Below are positions 57,668-64,000 of a stretch of DNA of 64,000 nt, in pieces. The stretch covers positions 32,001 to 96,000 of the forward strand of contig CAVPNL010000009.1 in assembly GCA_963706575.1 (NCBI GenBank). Reading direction: 5' to 3'. Source of the stretch: an uncultured delta proteobacterium. Its GTDB lineage: Bacteria; Desulfobacterota; Desulfobacteria; Desulfobacterales; JAHEIW01. Positions within the stretch are counted from its first letter, which is position 1, and every line of letters begins with the position of its first letter. The notes under the pieces are model-generated. The model was not told the origin of the DNA, did no database searches, and saw only the letters and a list, made by a program, of their open reading frames with translations. The translations under genes were made by a program, and so were the position numbers.

Positions 57668-60217
57668 CTATGCCCATGTCAGCAGCCGGGGCGTGGATTT
57701 GACGCGCTCATCACCCCGGGGCGTAACTCTGACGGTAAATCCGAATCGACCCGAACTCTGGCAGTTTAAGGAACAGCCGTACAGGTAATGGCCGTTGCCG
57801 CGGTCTTCCAGGACGTTCATTTGTTCTACATGGCCGGCCTCCAGATCTTCTAAAGATTTCATATGACCGTAGTAAAGCTCAACATCGATCTCATCGGGAT
57901 GAATCTCGGCGAGATTTACCTCCGCAGTGACTCCGAATTTTTCGCCCACCCGATAGGGACGCAGATTATTTCTCACAGGAGGCTGGATCTCAATATTATT
58001 CCACAGAGAACGCAGCCGTTTGATTTGACTGGCCAGATTCCTTGCTTCTTCCGCCTGATTGGCAAGCAGGGTATCATAACGTTTGGCCGCCGGGAGATAG
58101 TAACGGTTGCTATAATCGGTCACCATGCGAAGACTGCAAAACATTTCCATCGCCATTTTCATGGAGGCCTTCATCTTTTGCAACCAGTCTGCGGGCAGGT
58201 CGCCGTTTTTTCGATTATAAAAACAGGGGATTACCTCATTTTCCAGTACATTGTAAAGCGCTTGACTTTCCACGGCATCCTGATAGTCGTGATCCCTATA
58301 TTCCTCACCGTTTCCGATGCGCCAACCTCTTTCCTCGGTGTATCCTTCACACCACCATCCATCAAGTATACTCACATTCAGCACCCCGTTGATAGCCGCT
58401 TTCATTCCGGATGTCCCGCAGGCCTCAAGGGGTCGCCGGGGCGTATTGAGCCATACATCCGCGCCCTGAAACAGGTGGCGCGCCAGATGCATGTCGTAAT
58501 CTTCAAGAAAAATGATGCGATCACGAAGTTCCGTTTGGCTGGCAAACATGAAAAGTTTTTTAATGAGCTCTTTGCCCTCGTTGTCTTTCGGATGTGCTTT
58601 GCCGGCAAAGATAAATTGAGCCGGGTATTTCTTAGAGTTAACGATCGCCTTCAGGCGCTCGGGATCCTTGAATAGCAGGTGGGCGCGCTTATAGGTTGCA
58701 AAGCGCCGGGCAAAAGCGATGGTCAGCACGTGTGGGTCCAGTACCGATTCAAGCGTTTCAATCACATTGCTGGGCGCATTGCGCCGGGTATATTGTTTGA
58801 TTAATTGTTCGCGGCAGGTGCGCACCAGACGAGAGCGGTTCATTTCATGGCTGCGCCACAGTTCTTCGTCGTAAATGTCCTCAATCCGATTGATATTTTC
58901 CGGTTTGCGGGAACTCATGTACCAATCGGGCCCGAGATAGCGGGTAAAAAGATTGGCAAATTCCGAGGAAATGAACGAAGAAATATGAATACCATTGGTG
59001 ATATGGGATATGGGGACTTCTTGCACCGGTCGTTCAGGCCAGACATGGGACCACATGCGCCGGGCCACGGATCCATGCAGATCACTGACGCCATTGCAAT
59101 GGGATGCCGCATGCAGCCCCAGAATGAACATCGACAGCGGTGCATCCGGACCGGAACCCACCGGCTGTCCCCAGGATAAAATTTCTTTTTCAGTGGTTTG
59201 CAGCCTTTCTTCAAGGTGTTTTAAATACGGTTTGACATGCTCGGCCGGGAATTCATCATGCCCTGCGGCCACCGGTGTATGGGTGGTAAAGACCGTGGTG
59301 CGGGGGACGATTTCAAGAGCGGTTTTAAGGTCAACGTTATGGACCGATATGGTTTGAGCCAGCCGCTCCAGGCTGGCAAAAGCAGAATGTCCCTCGTTCA
59401 TATGCAATACCCTGACGTTGATTTGCATGGCTGCCAGGGCGCGCATCCCGCCGATTCCCAATAACATCTCCTGGGCCAGGCGAATTTTCTGATCACCAGC
59501 GTAGAGCCTTGAGGTGATTTCGCGATTCACCGGTTTGTTCTCAAGAATATTGGTATCCAGCAGATACAATGGAATTCGGCCGATCATGATTTTCCAGATC
59601 ATGGCATGAATGGGGCCTTCCGGCCCGGCAATCGAAACCCGCAATTCATTGCCCGGATTATCCTGCACGCGCTCAACCGGAAGTTCATAAAGATCCGTTT
59701 CCGGATAAGCTTCCTGTTGCCATCCATCAGGGTTCAGATACTGGCGAAAATAACCGTATTGATACATAAGCCCCACCCCGGTTAATGGAAGACCCAGATT
59801 GGACGCTGCCTTCAAATGATCACCGGCCAGAATACCTAAGCCGCCGGCAAACAAGGGCAGGCTTTCATGAATCCCGAACTCCATGGAGAAGTAGGCAACG
59901 GTATCCTGGGGACCAAAAACAGAATCGCCGAGATCGACTCCATCCATTACCCGGATTTGAAATTGCTCTTGAACCGCTTTCAGGTGAGCCCGATAGCCTT
60001 TATCCTTTGCCAGTTTTTCACAGTGGCTTTGTGAAATTTTTGATAGGAAGGCAATGGGATTGCGGCCGGATTCAGTCCAGAGCGCCGGATCCATGCGACG
60101 GAATAGCTCGATGGCATTTTTATCCCAACACCACCACATATTGCGCGACAGGACTTCGAGAAACTGAAGATTTTCCGGTATATTGGGAAACACTTGAAAT
60201 GTTTGGAAATTTTTCAT
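57668..60217 (-). CDS. glgP: Alpha-glucan (glycogen) phosphorylase
   Basis: YFSMEFG, GGLGILAGD.LK, HMNEGH, ARRFATYKR, GKAHP, EACGTSGMK. Confidence 0.97.
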   Translation of the reverse strand: MKNFQTFQVFPNIPENLQFLEVLSRNMWWCWDKNAIELFRRMDPALWTESGRNPIAFLSKISQSHCEKLAKDKGYRAHLKAVQEQFQIRVMDGVDLGDSVFGPQDTVAYFSMEFGIHESLPLFAGGLGILAGDHLKAASNLGLPLTGVGLMYQYGYFRQYLNPDGWQQEAYPETDLYELPVERVQDNPGNELRVSIAGPEGPIHAMIWKIMIGRIPLYLLDTNILENKPVNREITSRLYAGDQKIRLAQEMLLGIGGMRALAAMQINVRVLHMNEGHSAFASLERLAQTISVHNVDLKTALEIVPRTTVFTTHTPVAAGHDEFPAEHVKPYLKHLEERLQTTEKEILSWGQPVGSGPDAPLSMFILGLHAASHCNGVSDLHGSVARRMWSHVWPERPVQEVPISHITNGIHISSFISSEFANLFTRYLGPDWYMSSRKPENINRIEDIYDEELWRSHEMNRSRLVRTCREQLIKQYTRRNAPSNVIETLESVLDPHVLTIAFARRFATYKRAHLLFKDPERLKAIVNSKKYPAQFIFAGKAHPKDNEGKELIKKLFMFASQTELRDRIIFLEDYDMHLARHLFQGADVWLNTPRRPLEACGTSGMKAAINGVLNVSILDGWWCEGYTEERGWRIGNGEEYRDHDYQDAVESQALYNVLENEVIPCFYNRKNGDLPADWLQKMKASMKMAMEMFCSLRMVTDYSNRYYLPAAKRYDTLLANQAEEARNLASQIKRLRSLWNNIEIQPPVRNNLRPYRVGEKFGVTAEVNLAEIHPDEIDVELYYGHMKSLEDLEAGHVEQMNVLEDRGNGHYLYGCSLNCQSSGRFGFTVRVTPRGDERVKSTPRLLTWA

Positions 60218-60346
60218 ATGGCAGTCATCCTTAATATTTTATATTGCCGGTATCGGCGTTACGGGTTTATCCCATGTGAGCAACTCCTGCAGTTGGATTA
60301 CAGCAGAATAAAGCTTAAAGTTTGAAAAAGCAATATATCCTAAATT

Positions 60347-60462
60347 AATTTAGGAATTGAGGAAGAAAGAAATTAAGGAATTCAGGAATTCAGTGCATTT
60401 TCATTTGCGATTTTTAATTCCTAAATTCCCCAATCCCCCAATCCCTGAATCCCTCAATTCCT
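60347..60462. repeat. Palindromic element with 8-bp tandem-repeat arms (GGAATTNA / AATYCCYN)
   Basis: aatttaggaattgagg..aattaaggaattcaggaattcag ... aattcctaaattccccaatcccccaatccctgaatccctcaattcct. Same unit as the inner arms at 13643-13709. Confidence 0.85.
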
Positions 60463-63400
60463 TAATTATCATTTTTTAATTTTAGCCAGACCCGCAACAG
60501 TTCGCTTGCCCCCCAGGCCTGGGCATCGCATCCGCACGCGGTATGGGGATAATCGCCATCTAAAATTTCCGGTATATGGCCCAGGCAGCCGTGTTCGATA
60601 AGCGGCGCGCTGCCGGTCAGCCAGGACAGCGCCGTTTCCGTGCTTTCTTTTCCATAGGTCATGGCCCATGCTTCAGCAAAAGACGGAAACAACCAGGTCC
60701 AGGCCGTACCGTTATGATAGGCCGGCTTGCGCCGGGTGTCTTCGTCACCCTCATAGCGTCCCTGGTAAGGATGGTGAGGGTCGTTGATCAATTTTCCATG
60801 ATGATGAATTTCAATCCCGTGTCGAACCGGTCGGTCGGCCAGGCTGCGGATGGCACCCGGTACCAGTAGTTCCTGGCAGGCCGCCAGGATATGCTTGCAT
60901 TTTTGCGCTTCTTTGATTGCGCCCAGCGTGATGGCTAACAGCTGATTGGGGCGCAGGGCGTCATCAGCCGTTGCATCTTTGGCCGTCTGGCCGGGAGCGG
61001 CGTGAAGACAGTCGGACAGGTAGCTTAAATCCGGCTGCCAGAAGTACTTTAGGATCGAGTCTTGAACCTGTTGGGCCAGGCGCTGCCAGGCGTTAATGGT
61101 TTCAGCAGGATCAATTTTGGACAAAAAGCAAAGGGCGGCATGCCAGAGAGCCTGGATTTCAATGGGGTAGCCCTGTCGGGGGGTGCCGGCCGGATGATTG
61201 GTGTCCATCCAGCTAAAGTGTGTCGGGCTGAAAATCAACCCGGATTCCGGGTCCATGTGAACGCCATTGGGGGTGCCGGCTATTATGGATTGACCGATTG
61301 ATAAAAAGATCTGGCGCATCGAACGGCCCCCGCAATCTGAATCAATGAATTGCTCATCACCTTCTGCTCGAACCAAATCCGCACAGGCCGTGATCAACCA
61401 CAGCGGTGCATCGGATGTATCCCGGTTGGCGGCGTTTTCGGCCTGAATCATGTTCGGCAGGGTGCCCTGTTTTTCAAAACGGGCAAACTGAATGATGATA
61501 TCCCGGGCGTCTGCCATATTTCCGGCCGCCACCAGTCCGCGTACAAATATTAAGGCATCCCGTCCCCAATCCAGAAACCAGGGATAGCCGGCAATGACGG
61601 TTTTTAAATCACCGCGCTTGACCACATAATGGTCCAGGGATGTTTGCAGTATTCTTGTGAAGGTTTCAGCCCCCGCTTCTTCTTCTTCCGATACCGCAAG
61701 AGTTATTGAATGCGGGATGGGGGGCTCCCGCGCCGGCATTTCATTTTCGGAGCCGGCATCCGCCCAGAGGGTTACGGTTTGATTGCCTTCGATACTAGCG
61801 GACAGGTATCCGGGGCTGAACAGATCTGAATCCGGATCATGGCCCCGCCGGGCATCTTCGGACCGGTTTACCATATAAAGCCACTCCGGTTCCCATACAA
61901 ACGCGCCGTTGAAAATTTGCATCCTCAGGTGATGGTTTGCGTCGGGGGCAAAATGAAAGCCGTTGGAAAAAGCGGTTACCGCATCAGGCCACTGATTTTC
62001 AGGACCCTGATACGCTTTGGTAGATGCGTGAAAATTGCGGTTTTCAATATCCGGCCGTAAAATGATTGTTACCGGTTTGGAATCCGCCAGCCGTTCCGGC
62101 CGATCACCGGCCGGATGGCGAAAAAGGCTCAACGTCACTGAATTTTGATTCCCAAGCATTTCTACCCGGGCGGTTATCATAACATGCTCTCCCTGGCCGG
62201 TGGGGATGTGATACTGCCAGATTCCGCTGGAATCCTCTGCCAGGCGGAACAATTCCAGGCAGTCCGTATTCAAAGCTTGCGAATAGCCTTGAAATACCAC
62301 CCAGGCCCGGCAGCGGCTGAACATCACCCAGCGGTCTTCAGGATAGTGCGGATTAAAATTGGCTGCCAGCAATCCATCATAGCGGCTGGTTAGATTTCCC
62401 CAGGAAACCGGGCTGTGCAGCATTGCCCCGCGGCCATTGGTTCCCAGAAAGATGAAATCCTTATGCAGCAGTTCTGAATGTCTAATGGCCTGCTTTACAC
62501 GAGCATTTTCAGGTCGGGGCAAAAACAGCAACCGAGCGACTTCATGCCGACAGCGTTCTGAACCAGCGGTCGCATAGACCGATAGCGCCAGGGTACGGGT
62601 TTTTAGGGTCTGAGGAGTTGCCAATGGCAGAAACAGGGCAAAGTGGTCTCCATTCCCATCTGCGCCCGGGAGACTGACCTCCGCTGCGACGATTCGGTCG
62701 CCACTCAGAATTCGCGCTCGAAAGGAACTTTCGCTGCGAATGAGCAGAAAATGATCCGGGGGAATCATGACTTCCCGCCGCAGGTCTTGCGGCCACTGCC
62801 ATACGATAACTCGCGGTTGACGGCCATGGGGGTAATGCCGGCTGCAAAAATCCGACGGATTTTCCTGCAATAGCCGGGCGGTCTGTTTGAGGTCAAAATT
62901 TTCAAGATGTTTGATTCCCCGTAGATAAGCGACCACTTCAAGGGCTTTGGCATACAATCGCTGTTGCTCGATTCGTTCAGGCAGCAAGAAAGGTTGTTTG
63001 GGGAAATTTTCAACTTGCTGAAGATCTTTCTCGTTAGCTGAAAGACACAACACCTGGCCGGGTTCCAGCAGCAGTGTATTTAGGCCATTGGATTCGATAA
63101 CCTTTATTTTATCTCCGCTTAGCAGGTCGTAAAAAACAGATGATTTCAGCCCTGTTGATGCGCGATCCCATGTCGCGGTTGTCCGGTTTTCAGGATCCAG
63201 GTTGACAATGATCAGCAACCCTTTTTCGGACCCGGGGTGCTGTCGTTTCAGGACGATAAAATTACCGTCCTTTTTGTGATGCATGCTTAACACGACGTCT
63301 TCGTGAAACGCCGGATGGGTCTTGAGCAGATCACTGAGCCGCCGAATGTCTGCAACCTGGTTGGATTCGGCGCCCCAGTTTAATGAAGGCGCATCGTGGA

Positions 63401-64000
63401 CATTGATTTTCTCGGCAGCAAACCATTCCACCCCGTTGGCAAAACCGAAGGCGCCGTTGTGAGAACTCATTGCGCACAGGGCGGTGCGCATCCGGGCATA
63501 ACTCTCGGATTGCTTTGCCAGCCTGAGATTGTCATGTGTTTCTGCAAAGTTCACCATGATGCCGTCAGTCGCTGAAATATCGATGGCTTCCGGCAGGTAA
63601 TGTTCGATCTGACCGCGATCGTAATTTTGAAACAGCTCTGAATAGGCCCAATTTAAATTGGCGCTGTTTAAAAGATCGCGCGTCACTGAAATTTTGCCGC
63701 CCAGACCCTCGAGTAAAAAGACCACATCTGGGAATTGCTCCCTTACTTTGGCAACAATGTATTTCCAGGCTGCCAGCGGGATCATGTAACCGGCATCACA
63801 GCGGAAACCGTCCACACCCCGCCGGCACCAAGTGATAAAGACATCCGCCATGTATTGCCACAGACCCGGCTGGGAATAATCCAATTTGGTCAGATCTTCC
63901 CAGTCAACGCCCCAGGCGCCGGGAACCTCGATGCGGCCTTCGGGGTTTCTGACCAGCCAGTGCGGGTGGGTTTCATGCAGTCGGGCGGCCCATCCGGTGT
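60462..64000 (-). CDS. Glycogen debranching enzyme: GH13 domain fused to amylo-alpha-1,6-glucosidase; 5' end lies outside the window
   Basis: GFRCDAG, ETHD, IAGYPWF.DWGRD, WMD, RPNQL, YHNGTAW.W, QAW. The frame stays open to the window edge (TGWAARLHETHPHWLVR...). Confidence 0.92.
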   Translation of the reverse strand, partial: TGWAARLHETHPHWLVRNPEGRIEVPGAWGVDWEDLTKLDYSQPGLWQYMADVFITWCRRGVDGFRCDAGYMIPLAAWKYIVAKVREQFPDVVFLLEGLGGKISVTRDLLNSANLNWAYSELFQNYDRGQIEHYLPEAIDISATDGIMVNFAETHDNLRLAKQSESYARMRTALCAMSSHNGAFGFANGVEWFAAEKINVHDAPSLNWGAESNQVADIRRLSDLLKTHPAFHEDVVLSMHHKKDGNFIVLKRQHPGSEKGLLIIVNLDPENRTTATWDRASTGLKSSVFYDLLSGDKIKVIESNGLNTLLLEPGQVLCLSANEKDLQQVENFPKQPFLLPERIEQQRLYAKALEVVAYLRGIKHLENFDLKQTARLLQENPSDFCSRHYPHGRQPRVIVWQWPQDLRREVMIPPDHFLLIRSESSFRARILSGDRIVAAEVSLPGADGNGDHFALFLPLATPQTLKTRTLALSVYATAGSERCRHEVARLLFLPRPENARVKQAIRHSELLHKDFIFLGTNGRGAMLHSPVSWGNLTSRYDGLLAANFNPHYPEDRWVMFSRCRAWVVFQGYSQALNTDCLELFRLAEDSSGIWQYHIPTGQGEHVMITARVEMLGNQNSVTLSLFRHPAGDRPERLADSKPVTIILRPDIENRNFHASTKAYQGPENQWPDAVTAFSNGFHFAPDANHHLRMQIFNGAFVWEPEWLYMVNRSEDARRGHDPDSDLFSPGYLSASIEGNQTVTLWADAGSENEMPAREPPIPHSITLAVSEEEEAGAETFTRILQTSLDHYVVKRGDLKTVIAGYPWFLDWGRDALIFVRGLVAAGNMADARDIIIQFARFEKQGTLPNMIQAENAANRDTSDAPLWLITACADLVRAEGDEQFIDSDCGGRSMRQIFLSIGQSIIAGTPNGVHMDPESGLIFSPTHFSWMDTNHPAGTPRQGYPIEIQALWHAALCFLSKIDPAETINAWQRLAQQVQDSILKYFWQPDLSYLSDCLHAAPGQTAKDATADDALRPNQLLAITLGAIKEAQKCKHILAACQELLVPGAIRSLADRPVRHGIEIHHHGKLINDPHHPYQGRYEGDEDTRRKPAYHNGTAWTWLFPSFAEAWAMTYGKESTETALSWLTGSAPLIEHGCLGHIPEILDGDYPHTACGCDAQAWGASELLRVWLKLKNDN

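Noticed and set aside
57863..58675. 270-aa plus-strand ORF over glgP
   Set aside because: Antisense shadow without recognisable motifs.

Overview
Chromosomal window from the replication-origin region of a bacterium whose gene content and protein styles point to Desulfobacterota (Desulfobacterales-like); that assignment is an inference, not a database result. The left end has two parS sites, the rpmH-rnpA-yidD-yidC-jag-mnmE operon, an RNase G/E gene, a radical SAM fusion and an HtrA protease. Next come a sigma28-type promoter and c-di-GMP-I riboswitch ahead of an orphan FliD-like gene, a TctCBA transporter, two head-to-head paralogous Zn-dehydrogenases, asnS, a degenerate GxxExxY gene and a 2042-aa alpha-2-macroglobulin. 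A probable oriC lies directly upstream of dnaN-gyrB-thyA, but dnaA, recF and gyrA are absent from the window and two RdgC-like genes occupy the usual dnaA position. The right part has an EndoQ/PHP-UvrD fusion, small envelope and metabolic genes, a GntR-cupin-aminotransferase unit and a glycogen cluster (debranching enzyme-glgP-glgA-glgB). I saw no tRNA, rRNA, CRISPR array, transposase or integrase. Four signals stand out. (1) A small Xis/BldC-like HTH protein with (D/Q)RR repeats is preceded by two in-phase arrays of 10-bp direct repeats and flanked by divergent sigma28-like promoters. (2) At least nine intergenic palindromes have arms built from 7-10-bp tandem repeats, and one lies next to the GxxExxY gene. 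(3) The probable origin lacks dnaA and has an RdgC-like pair and an NrdR-like box beside it. (4) An armless HU-like ORF missed by the ORF track uses a MITE end as its stop codon.
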